NCBI GenBank assembly: GCA_030526425.1
Contig: JAUNCT010000002.1
Coordinates: forward strand, 1-64,000
Origin: Clostridia bacterium
GTDB lineage: Bacteria > Bacillota > Clostridia > Christensenellales > CAG-138
DNA: 64,000 nt
Reading direction: 5' to 3'
In this document: in pieces, positions 19,145 to 27,337 of the stretch
How the letters are laid out: each line of letters begins with the position of its first letter
How positions within the stretch are numbered: the first letter of the stretch is position 1
The notes under the pieces: generated by a model
Told to the model about the DNA's origin: nothing
Database searches by the model: none
Seen by the model: only the letters and a program-made list of their open reading frames with translations
Translations under genes and position numbers: made by a program

Positions 19145-19768
19145 TTATTTCTCCGCTGTTTCAAATCTCTTAAATCTGTTTTCGACTATTTCTTCAATGT
19201 TTTTTACGAGCAGTTCGATTTTCTTTATGTTTTCCGCGTCCTTTACGCTTATTGACTTTATCTCGTTCTTTTTATAATCCCCTTTATGCACTATCGCATT
19301 TCTTCTATCCACGAGTTTCTCAACATCTTTAAGCAATGCTTCGTCTTGTGACTTTCCCTGTGCATTTTCGGTTATCTTCGGCAAACCGTACAACGCAAAC
19401 AGTTCATCAATTACTTTCATCCTTTGTGTCGTATAGTGTTCATAGTACTGATAAACCTTATCTTGGATGCCGGAAAGAGATTGATTATCCCGATACATCT
19501 CGATTACCGTACCTATTGTCACACCATAATCCAACAGGCGTTTCTCGATATTCTCGTTGATTTCCTCATTATTGATAAAGGTATAGAAATGTTCAGCAAA
19601 ACAGTTCGTCATATATGCATCCATCGCCGCAACACTCAAAACGACAGCCGCACGTAACAAATCACAATTACCTTTGGGGTCTGTACCTGCTTTCTGATTG
19701 TTGTACAAAGCTACCAATTTGTTGCAACGATCTATCGTCTTCCGAAAAATCGTATATGCATTAGACAT
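19145..19768 (-). CDS. HEPN-motif protein (RNxxxH), probable Abi-type RNase; strongly AT-rich gene
   Basis: 207-aa ORF at roughly 38% GC inside a genome of about 63% GC. Canonical HEPN motif DRRNAIVHKG near the C-terminus. Confidence 0.6.
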   Translation of the reverse strand: MSNAYTIFRKTIDRCNKLVALYNNQKAGTDPKGNCDLLRAAVVLSVAAMDAYMTNCFAEHFYTFINNEEINENIEKRLLDYGVTIGTVIEMYRDNQSLSGIQDKVYQYYEHYTTQRMKVIDELFALYGLPKITENAQGKSQDEALLKDVEKLVDRRNAIVHKGDYKKNEIKSISVKDAENIKKIELLVKNIEEIVENRFKRFETAEK

Positions 19769-19777
19769 ACTACCCGC

Positions 19778-20410
19778 TTACTTCTTCTCCGCCTTCGCGA
19801 CCGTCTTCCGCTCTTCCACCATCCGCAGCGCTTCGGCGACATCGCCCTTTTCCACCGCTTCGGCGATCCTTCCGTCCATGCTCGTCGGGGTCGGGTCGGC
19901 ACAGCGCACGGCTTCCGCCAGCCGCTTCGCCGCGGGGTCTTTCGTTTTCGCCGCAAGGGCGTTGACCGCGGTGCGGATGGCTTTCCATCCGGCGGTCGTG
20001 TCCTTCACGCGTTGTTCGCTCTTTTCCACCGCTTCGCGCACGGCTTGCTTTACGCTCAGCGCCATCAGCGTGCCGAGCACCAAAGCGATCTCGATAATGA
20101 GCGCGAGCCACAGCGGGCACAGCTTCGAAAACGCCATCAGCAGCAGACCGGCGACGAGCTGCGCCGCCAGCGCCGCACAGCCCACCCGGTACAGGGGCCA
20201 GCCGATCAGCTTGCTCTGCAAGCCTTGCGCCTTGCCGAACGCCAAATAAAACGCAACAGCGCACAGGGCGAACATCACCGCATCCGCGCCGAGCGCGACA
20301 TAAAACACCGCCGTCCGCGCGAAGGGGAACAGCAGCGCCACCGCCGCAACGAGCAGCAGCGCCAACAGCCAAACCTTGATTGCCTGCTTCGATTCTTTCA
20401 TCGTTTCCAC
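19778..20410 (-). CDS. Small membrane protein (4 predicted TM helices plus a helical cytoplasmic tail)
   Basis: 210 aa. Hydrophobic segments across aa 10-120. Stop and start are tightly spaced with the flanking genes. Confidence 0.6.
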   Translation of the reverse strand: METMKESKQAIKVWLLALLLVAAVALLFPFARTAVFYVALGADAVMFALCAVAFYLAFGKAQGLQSKLIGWPLYRVGCAALAAQLVAGLLLMAFSKLCPLWLALIIEIALVLGTLMALSVKQAVREAVEKSEQRVKDTTAGWKAIRTAVNALAAKTKDPAAKRLAEAVRCADPTPTSMDGRIAEAVEKGDVAEALRMVEERKTVAKAEKK

Positions 20411-20411
20411 C

Positions 20412-22265
20412 TCACTCGGGTCGTTTGCCGCCGCACTCGGGGCAGAACTTCGCCGTTACGCCCTTGTTGCCGCAGGCGCAATCCCACACGGCGGGGGCTT
20501 CGGGCTTTTTCGCCCCGCACTCGGGGCAAAACTTGCTTGTGATGCCCGTTGCGCCGCACGCGCAGCTCCACGCCGCCGGGGCTTCGGGCTTTTTCGCCCC
20601 GCACTCGGGGCAGAACCTGCTGGTAATGCCCTTGGCACCGCAGGCGCAGTCCCAAGCATCCGCCGCAGCGGGCGCGGGCTTCTTCGCGCCGCATTCGGGG
20701 CAGAAGTTCGAGGTGATGTTCTTTGCGCCGCACGCGCAGGTCCATCCGCCCATGCCGGCCGCCTGCCCGAGCACGCCGCCCGCCTGTTGGGTCAGGGGCG
20801 AAACGGCTTCCTTCGTCATGCCGATCACGCCGCCCATCACGCCGAGCCCGATGCCCAGCTGCATCGCATCCCCGGCGATGGTGCCGAGTCCGCCCGCGCC
20901 GCCGTTCCGCACGGCTTCCGTGCCCACCTGCCGCGCGGTCTCCTGCTGGTAGGTGTAGCCCTTCATCTTCATTTCCATGGCTTCCGCCTCCGCCTGCATG
21001 CGGTAAGCGTCCGCCTCTGCCTGCGCTTGGATGCGCAGCGCGTCCGCATCGCCCTGCGCGCCGATGACCTTCATGCGCGCGGCGGTCTGCGCCTCCACGG
21101 CCTTGCGTTCGAACGCCGCCTCCGCCTCCGCTTTTTTGATCGCCTCTTCCTTCGTTTTCAGGTACAGGTCGGCGTGCTGCTGCTTCATGCGGCGGAAGTT
21201 CGGGTCGTCGTCGGGCGTGACGATGTTCGCCACGTAGAACTCCGGCATTTCGAGACCGTATTCCGAAAGCTCGGGGTCGATCGCCGCCTTCATCGCCGCG
21301 GCGATGGCGTCGAGATGCATATCGAGCTCGAGCACGCTGATGCTGTTTTGCTTGATGACCCGCGCGAGGTTCGCCTTGACCTTGGCGGCGATCATCGTGC
21401 GGAAATATCCGCCGATGGCGCGCGCGCCGATCGCCCCGCCTTCGCCGAACAGGTCGCCCTGCGTCAGCCCGCCCGCGGTGCCCACCAGCTTGATGAGCAG
21501 CTTCCGCGCATCCGTCACGCGCATGTTGAACGCACCCGATGCGCCGAGCTCCACGTGCATGCCCGTCGCGGGGTCGAACAAACCGACCTTACTCGGCGTG
21601 CCCCACTTGATGCCCGCCTGCGTGGTGAGGTTCACGAAGTAGACCTCCGCATGGAAGGGCTGCCCGTCGACGGGCAGGCGGTACAGGGCTTCCGTCTTCG
21701 GCATCACGCCGGTTTCGAGCGTGTAGCCGCCCGGTCCGAAGGAGTCGAGCGCCTCGCCGTTGCGGAAGAACACCGCCTCCTGACTTTCGTGCACGATGAG
21801 GCGGCTGCCCGTCGTAAAGTCGGTGAGCGGGTGCTTCCACACGAAGGTGTCGTTCGCCCCTTCGTAGCGGATCACCGCGGGCACGCCCTTGTCGCGCACC
21901 TCCGCGCGTTTGATCTCCTTTTGCACATCCGCCACGGTGTCGCACACGGGGCAGGTGATGTGCGCCGCGCCCTTCGAAGCCTGCAGCTCGCAGCCGCAGG
22001 TCTCACAGCGGAAGTGCACGAGGTTGCCGTAATCGGCTTCCGTCACGAGCTGCTGCCTGCACACGGGGCACTTCGCATCCGTGCCCTCCGCCTGGTCGTA
22101 AACGACGTTGTTCCCGCAGGAGGGGCAGGTCTTCGTGGTCATGCGGTCCGTCTTCACGTGGATGACGTTGCCGCAGCTGCATTGGATGTGCTTGGATGCG
22201 AAAAAGCCCGTGCTTGCCTGCACATAGCTGTGGCAAACCGGGCATGCGATGATGAATTTTCCCAT
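20412..22265 (-). CDS. SPFH/band-7 (COG4260-type) protein with N-terminal and C-terminal zinc-ribbon arrays
   Basis: N-terminal run of CxxC motifs, then an SPFH-like core (VIRYEGANDTFVWKHPL...), a coiled coil, and four C-terminal W-C-x-C-G...F-C-P-E-C-G-x-K-(K/R)-P-E repeats. 617 aa. Confidence 0.8.
   Translation of the reverse strand: MGKFIIACPVCHSYVQASTGFFASKHIQCSCGNVIHVKTDRMTTKTCPSCGNNVVYDQAEGTDAKCPVCRQQLVTEADYGNLVHFRCETCGCELQASKGAAHITCPVCDTVADVQKEIKRAEVRDKGVPAVIRYEGANDTFVWKHPLTDFTTGSRLIVHESQEAVFFRNGEALDSFGPGGYTLETGVMPKTEALYRLPVDGQPFHAEVYFVNLTTQAGIKWGTPSKVGLFDPATGMHVELGASGAFNMRVTDARKLLIKLVGTAGGLTQGDLFGEGGAIGARAIGGYFRTMIAAKVKANLARVIKQNSISVLELDMHLDAIAAAMKAAIDPELSEYGLEMPEFYVANIVTPDDDPNFRRMKQQHADLYLKTKEEAIKKAEAEAAFERKAVEAQTAARMKVIGAQGDADALRIQAQAEADAYRMQAEAEAMEMKMKGYTYQQETARQVGTEAVRNGGAGGLGTIAGDAMQLGIGLGVMGGVIGMTKEAVSPLTQQAGGVLGQAAGMGGWTCACGAKNITSNFCPECGAKKPAPAAADAWDCACGAKGITSRFCPECGAKKPEAPAAWSCACGATGITSKFCPECGAKKPEAPAVWDCACGNKGVTAKFCPECGGKRPE
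20415..20744 (-). repeat. Four tandem DNA repeats of about 84 bp, each encoding one C-terminal zinc-ribbon module of the SPFH protein
   Basis: Near-identical nucleotide units and peptide repeats WxCACG..(I/V)T(S/A)xFCPECGxK(K/R)PE x4. Confidence 0.8.
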
Positions 22266-22330
22266 GTGTGTGCTCTCCCGTGTCGTTGTTTTATCGGTAA
22301 ACCTGTGGTGTGAACTGCATTTTCGGTACC

Positions 22331-22362
22331 ATTATACACCCCCCCCCGATTTTGCTTTTCAA
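22331..22362 (-). promoter_or_regulatory. Sigma-70-like promoter TTGAAA-N20-TATAAT with a G9 homopolymer (plus-strand C9 at 22339-22347) inside the spacer
   Basis: Read on the minus strand: TTGAAAagcaaaatcGGGGGGGGGtgTATAAT. It lies about 70 bp upstream of the ATG at 22265 and is oriented toward the operon. Confidence 0.55.
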
Positions 22363-22431
22363 CCGTTGTTTCACAATATAAGAAACGGATGTAAACGGAG
22401 TTTTGAAAGCCGCGCATGCTTCGGGGCACAG

Positions 22432-22460
22432 AAAAAAGCACCGCCGGAGCGGTGCTTTCG
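22432..22460 (-). terminator. Terminator of pyk
   Basis: agcaccgc / gcggtgct stem with a T-run on the minus strand. Confidence 0.75.
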
Positions 22461-22475
22461 TTGCTTGGTATGCGC

Positions 22476-23888
22476 TTATCTTGCGGTCTCGACCTTGATG
22501 ATGTTGGTGTTGCCGCTGCTGCCCGTGGTGCCGCCGGTGATGACGACGTTCTCGCCGGGCTTCAGGTCCATGATGCGCTTGGCCTCCTTCATGCCCTGAT
22601 AGAACATGACGTCGATGGAGGTGTAGTGCTCGCTCATCACGGGGATGACGCCCCAGCTCAGGTTCAGCTGGCGCCACGCCTTGGGCGTGGTCGTCACGCC
22701 GATGATATCCACCGGGCTGCGGAAGCGGCTGACCATGCGCGCGGTCTTTCCCGTGATGGAGTTGACCACGATGCAGCGCGCGTCCACGTCGATGGCCATC
22801 GCGCAGGTCGCGTGGGAAATGGCGTCGATGGTGTTTCCGATGGGGAACTCGGTCTTCAGGAAACGGCGCTTGTAGTTGATGCTCTTTTCGGTGAACAGGG
22901 CGATCTCCGCCATGTTGCGCACGGCTTCGGCGGGGTATTTGCCCGCGGCGGTCTCGCCGGAAAGCATGATCGCCGAGCTGCCGTCGTACACGGCGTTCGC
23001 CACGTCCGAGATCTCCGCACGGGTCGGGCGCGGGTTCGTGACCATGGATTCGAGCATCTCCGTCGCGGTGATGACGCGCTTGCCGAGCATGCGGCACTTT
23101 TCGATGAGCTTCTTTTGGATGACGGGCACCTCCACGAAGGGGATCTCCACGCCGAGGTCGCCGCGCGCAACCATGATGCCGTCGGCGATCTCGCAGATCT
23201 CTTCGATGTTGTCGACGCCGGCGCGGTTCTCGATCTTCGCGATGATGCTGATGTCCTCACCGCCGTTCTCCACGAGGAAGTCGCGCAGGACCTTCATGTC
23301 GCTCTTGTTCGAAACGAACGAAGCCGCGACGAAGTCCACATCGTTTTCGATGCCGAACAGCAGGTCGGCCTTGTCCTGCTCGCTGAGGTAATCCTGCTTG
23401 AGCACCTTGTTCGGGAAGGACATGCTCTTGCGGTCGGAAAGAACGCCGCCGTTGACGACGCGGCAGTTCACATCGTTGCCCTCGACGCTTTCGACGGTCA
23501 GCTTCACCATGCCGTTGTTGATCGTCACGGTGTCGCCCGCCTTCAGCTCCTCGTGCAGGTGCTTGTAGCTCACGGAAACGCGCTGCTCGTTGCCCGCGAC
23601 ATCCGCGGTCGTCAGGGTGAACAGGTCGCCGTCGTTCAGAACGATCTTCTTGTTTTCGAAGGTGCCGATGCGGTATTCCGGTCCCTTCGTGTCGAGCATG
23701 ATGGCGATGGGCTTGCCCAGCTCCTCGCGGATCTTCTTGATGCGGTCGATGCGCGCCTGATGCTCGGAGTGATCCCCGTGGGAGAAGTTGAGGCGCGCCA
23801 CGTTCATGCCTTCCTGCATGAGGTTGCGCAGCATCTCCTCGCTTTCGCACGCGGGGCCGATGGTGCAGATGATCTTCGTTTTTCTCAT
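22476..23888 (-). CDS. pyk: Pyruvate kinase
   Basis: MRKTKIICTIGPA start with an AGGAGG RBS. ...MVARGDLGVEIP active-site region. 470 aa. Confidence 0.95.
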   Translation of the reverse strand: MRKTKIICTIGPACESEEMLRNLMQEGMNVARLNFSHGDHSEHQARIDRIKKIREELGKPIAIMLDTKGPEYRIGTFENKKIVLNDGDLFTLTTADVAGNEQRVSVSYKHLHEELKAGDTVTINNGMVKLTVESVEGNDVNCRVVNGGVLSDRKSMSFPNKVLKQDYLSEQDKADLLFGIENDVDFVAASFVSNKSDMKVLRDFLVENGGEDISIIAKIENRAGVDNIEEICEIADGIMVARGDLGVEIPFVEVPVIQKKLIEKCRMLGKRVITATEMLESMVTNPRPTRAEISDVANAVYDGSSAIMLSGETAAGKYPAEAVRNMAEIALFTEKSINYKRRFLKTEFPIGNTIDAISHATCAMAIDVDARCIVVNSITGKTARMVSRFRSPVDIIGVTTTPKAWRQLNLSWGVIPVMSEHYTSIDVMFYQGMKEAKRIMDLKPGENVVITGGTTGSSGNTNIIKVETAR

Positions 23889-23992
23889 ATCTGAAATCCT
23901 CCTTGGGACAGAATGTCGCGGGTTTCGGTCTATTATAAAACAAAGCGCGCGGCATTCCAACAAAAACCGCGAAGTTTGTTTTTGGGGGTATG

Positions 23993-24019
23993 GAAAAACG
24001 CCCGTGCGGAAACGGGCGT
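23993..24019 (-). terminator. Terminator after the secreted hypothetical gene
   Basis: acgcccgt / acgggcgt stem followed by a T-run on the minus strand. Confidence 0.65.
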
Positions 24020-24029
24020 TGCGTGCGGC

Positions 24030-24740
24030 TCAGCCGAGGGTGAAGCCCTCCGTGCCGTCGAGACGGTACATCAGAAAGCGCGCGGCATCGTAGAAGCCCG
24101 CGTCGGCGACGGAAGCGGTGTTGCTCTTGAGGCGCGAATCGTACAGCACCGAAACGATGCCGTCGAAGCCCTCGGGCACGAGGTAGGACATCACGACGGA
24201 GCAGCGGGTCTCCTTGCGGTCGTGCTTGCGGATGAACTCCGTTTCGCCCCAGCTGAAGCGCACCTTCACGCGGCAGTCCGTCCAAGTCTTCCCGTCCCAA
24301 TCGACGGAGAACACGCCGTCGCGGTAGTTGCCCGTTTCGTCGTAGCGGGTCTCCTCGTCGAACACGGTGTTCGGGTAGGTCGCGGCGTCGTAGGCGTTTT
24401 CGAAGCGGTAGGCGGTGGTCACGCCGTAGCGGTTCGCCTTCGCGTCGAAGAAGTTCAGGTCCCAAACGACGGTGCGCCATTCGTAACCCTCCTGCGGTTC
24501 GAGCCCGCGTTCGGCGTTTTCCTTCGCGATCTCATACGCGGAAACGGCGGCGGTGCCCTTGGTCACGCACTTTTCGGCGAACTTCGCCGTGGCGGTCTTG
24601 TAATCCGCCGTTTTGCCGGGTTCGAGGTAAACGGGGGCGCACGCCTCTTCGAGGGTCACGGGCGCGGCAAGCGCGCCGGCGGCAAATGCGAACGTCAACG
24701 CGCACGCAAGAACGCGCGCGGTCCAACGGTTGGTCTTCAT
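24030..24740 (-). CDS. Secreted hypothetical protein (signal peptide)
   Basis: N-terminal signal peptide with an AxA site (AGALAAP). No recognisable domain. Confidence 0.55.
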   Translation of the reverse strand: MKTNRWTARVLACALTFAFAAGALAAPVTLEEACAPVYLEPGKTADYKTATAKFAEKCVTKGTAAVSAYEIAKENAERGLEPQEGYEWRTVVWDLNFFDAKANRYGVTTAYRFENAYDAATYPNTVFDEETRYDETGNYRDGVFSVDWDGKTWTDCRVKVRFSWGETEFIRKHDRKETRCSVVMSYLVPEGFDGIVSVLYDSRLKSNTASVADAGFYDAARFLMYRLDGTEGFTLG

Positions 24741-24934
24741 ACGGTCTCTCCTTTGAAAGCGGGATCCCGTAGATTATACCACAGCCCGCGCTTTGCCGCC
24801 ACCCGCCGCTATTCCGCCGCGGGCGCGGGTTTTGCCGCACCCAATTCGCCGCGCGGGCGGTTCCCACCATGCGTTTTGCGGGGTATAATGGGGACATCCC
24901 CCAAGGGAAAAAGCAACAAAGGAGAATGGATCTC

Positions 24935-25807
24935 ATGTTCAAAAAAGCAGACGGGACCCGCGCCTACGGACGCATCGTCGCGTTCGCGCTCGTCGCCATC
25001 ATCGTGCTCGGCGTCGCGCTGGGCTGCTACACCACCGTACCCGCAGGTCACACGGGCGTCGTGCTCAACTTCGGCCGCGTGCAGGAGACCGTCCTCGGCG
25101 AAGGTCTCAACTTCAAGATCCCCTTCGTGCAGAACGTCATGCTCATCGACAACCGCATCGTCAAGCTCGACGTCCGCACCGAATCCTTCTCGAAGGACCT
25201 GCAGTCCGTCGAAGTCGACGTGGCGGTCAACTACAACATCCGCAAGGACGCCGGCTCCGCCCTCTACCGCGACATCGGCATGAACTACGAAGACGTGCTC
25301 ATCACCCCCGCCGTGAACGAGGTGCTCAAGGCGGTCACCGCCCGCTACACCGCGGTCGAGCTCGTTGCCAACCGCTCCGAGGTCTCGGTGCTGCTCACGC
25401 AGGGGCTCGTCGAAAAACTCAGCCCCTACGGCATCTCCATCCGCGAGCTCAACATCATCAACTGGGACTTCTCGGCGGAATACATCTCCGCGGTCGAAGC
25501 CAAGCAGGTCGCCGAGCAGAACCTGATCAAGACCCGCACCGAGCAGGAGCAGGCGCTCGTCATCGCCAACACCGAGGCGCAGAAGCGCGTGATCGCCGCC
25601 GAGGCGCAGGCGAACGAGATCAAGATGCTCGCCGAAGCGACCGCCGAAAGCAACCGCACCATCGCAGAATCCCTGTCCGACGAGCTGATCCGCTACCGCA
25701 CCGTCGACAAGTGGGACGGCATGCTGCCCTCCGTTGTCGGCAGCGGCACCACCCCGATGATCGACATCTCCGGGCTCACGGGCATCGGAACGAACCCCAA
25801 CGAGTAA
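24935..25807 (+). CDS. SPFH/band-7 family protein (prohibitin/HflC-like)
   Basis: N-terminal TM, then SPFH core (GHTGVVLNFGRVQETVLGEGLNFKIPFVQNV), then coiled coil. Start chosen for RBS spacing; an alternative ATG lies at 24926. Confidence 0.8.
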   Translation: MFKKADGTRAYGRIVAFALVAIIVLGVALGCYTTVPAGHTGVVLNFGRVQETVLGEGLNFKIPFVQNVMLIDNRIVKLDVRTESFSKDLQSVEVDVAVNYNIRKDAGSALYRDIGMNYEDVLITPAVNEVLKAVTARYTAVELVANRSEVSVLLTQGLVEKLSPYGISIRELNIINWDFSAEYISAVEAKQVAEQNLIKTRTEQEQALVIANTEAQKRVIAAEAQANEIKMLAEATAESNRTIAESLSDELIRYRTVDKWDGMLPSVVGSGTTPMIDISGLTGIGTNPNE

Positions 25808-25984
25808 CCCTTTCGGGGGAGCACACCGCTTCCCCCGCACCCGCACCGTGCCGCGGCATCCCCGCGGCGCGGTTTTCTTTTGGGCGCGCCGCTCTCCCCT
25901 TGAATCCGCGCTTGCGTTTCTATATAATAGGCGGGTAAAAACCGAAAAGGAGAGCCCGCAGCCCGTTCTGCGGCACGACCGAAC

Positions 25985-27262
25985 ATGGCAAAAGAGACCC
26001 CGGTCGCCGTGCGCGACCTGATCGTCTATTCCGTTTACATCCGCAACCACACCGAGGAGGGCACCTTCCGCGCGCTCATCCCCGACCTCGACCGCATCAA
26101 AGCCCTCGGCACCGATGTCGTGTGGCTCATGCCCATCCATCCCATCGGCGAGAAGGGCAAGAAGGGGAGCCTCGGCTGCCCCTACGCCAACCGCGACTAC
26201 CGCACGACGAACCCCGCCTACGGCACGATGGAAGACTTCCGCGCCCTGTGCGACGCCGTGCACGAACGCGGCATGAAGATCATGATCGACGTCGTGTACA
26301 ACCACACCTCGCCCGACGCGACCCTCGTCACCGAGCACCCCGAGTTCTACTACCGCAAGCCCGACGGCAGCTTCGGCAACAAGACCGCCGACTGGACGGA
26401 CGTCATCGACCTCGATTACGACAACCGCGCCCTGTGGGATTACCAGATCGAAAGCCTGAAGCAGTGGGCTTCGATGGTGGACGGCTTCCGCTGCGACGTG
26501 GCGAGCCTCGTCCCCACCGGGTTCTGGTGCGCCGCCCGCGCCGCCGTGAAGGAGGTCAACCCCGATTGCTTGTGGCTCGCCGAAAGCGTGCACGCCTCCT
26601 TCGTTGCCTTCAACCGCAGCACCGGCAACTACGCCGCGAGCGACGCCGAGCTCTACGAGGCCTTCGATATCGAATACGAGTACGACATCCGCGAGATCTT
26701 CGACGAGTACACCGAGGGCAAGCGCCCGCTCAAGGACTGGCTCGAGGCGCTGAACCGTCAGGAGATCGCCTACCCCGCGAATTATTCGAAGCTCCGCTGC
26801 CTCGAAAACCACGACATGCCCCGTGCGGCGAAGCTCTTCCCCGAGCGGGAGCGCCTCGTCAACCACACCGCGATGCTGTACTTCATGAAGGGCACGACGC
26901 TCCTCTACGGCGGGCAGGAATACGCGAACAGCCACCTGCCGAGCCTGTTCGAGAAGGATGTCTTCTCCCGCGAGACCGGCTGCGACCTGTCTTCGTATCT
27001 GACCCGCCTCGGTCGCATCAAGAAGACCGTGCTCGAAGCGGACGATTGCTTCCGCGCCGTCGAAGAGAACGGCGCCGCCGTCTGCACCCGCGTGAACCCG
27101 CGCAGCGGCAAAACGAAGCTCGGCGTGTTCTGCCTTGCGGGCAAGCCCGCCGAAGTCACCGTCGACCTTGCCGACGGCACCTATGAGAACGTGCTCGGCG
27201 GCACCGTGACCGTCGCGGGCGGCAAGCTCAGCACCGCCTTCCCCGTCATCCTCGCTTACTGA
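25985..27262 (+). CDS. Cytoplasmic glycoside hydrolase family 13 alpha-amylase-like enzyme
   Basis: GH13 motifs DVVYNHTS, GFRCDVAS and a catalytic Glu region. No signal peptide. Confidence 0.8.
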   Translation: MAKETPVAVRDLIVYSVYIRNHTEEGTFRALIPDLDRIKALGTDVVWLMPIHPIGEKGKKGSLGCPYANRDYRTTNPAYGTMEDFRALCDAVHERGMKIMIDVVYNHTSPDATLVTEHPEFYYRKPDGSFGNKTADWTDVIDLDYDNRALWDYQIESLKQWASMVDGFRCDVASLVPTGFWCAARAAVKEVNPDCLWLAESVHASFVAFNRSTGNYAASDAELYEAFDIEYEYDIREIFDEYTEGKRPLKDWLEALNRQEIAYPANYSKLRCLENHDMPRAAKLFPERERLVNHTAMLYFMKGTTLLYGGQEYANSHLPSLFEKDVFSRETGCDLSSYLTRLGRIKKTVLEADDCFRAVEENGAAVCTRVNPRSGKTKLGVFCLAGKPAEVTVDLADGTYENVLGGTVTVAGGKLSTAFPVILAY

Positions 27263-27278
27263 TCGTGCGGCAAACGAA

Positions 27279-27314
27279 AGCCGCGGAACGCACTCGCGCT
27301 CCGCGGCTTTTTCT
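27279..27314. terminator. Bidirectional terminator between the amylase gene and LysR
   Basis: agccgcgga / tccgcggct stem followed by a T-run. Confidence 0.7.
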
Positions 27315-27337
27315 TTATGTGCTTTTCCGTCGCCGCT

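Noticed and set aside
20376-22313. 645-aa plus-strand ORF opposite the SPFH gene
   Set aside because: Antisense artefact. The minus-strand ORF has zinc-ribbon and SPFH motifs and is operon-coupled.
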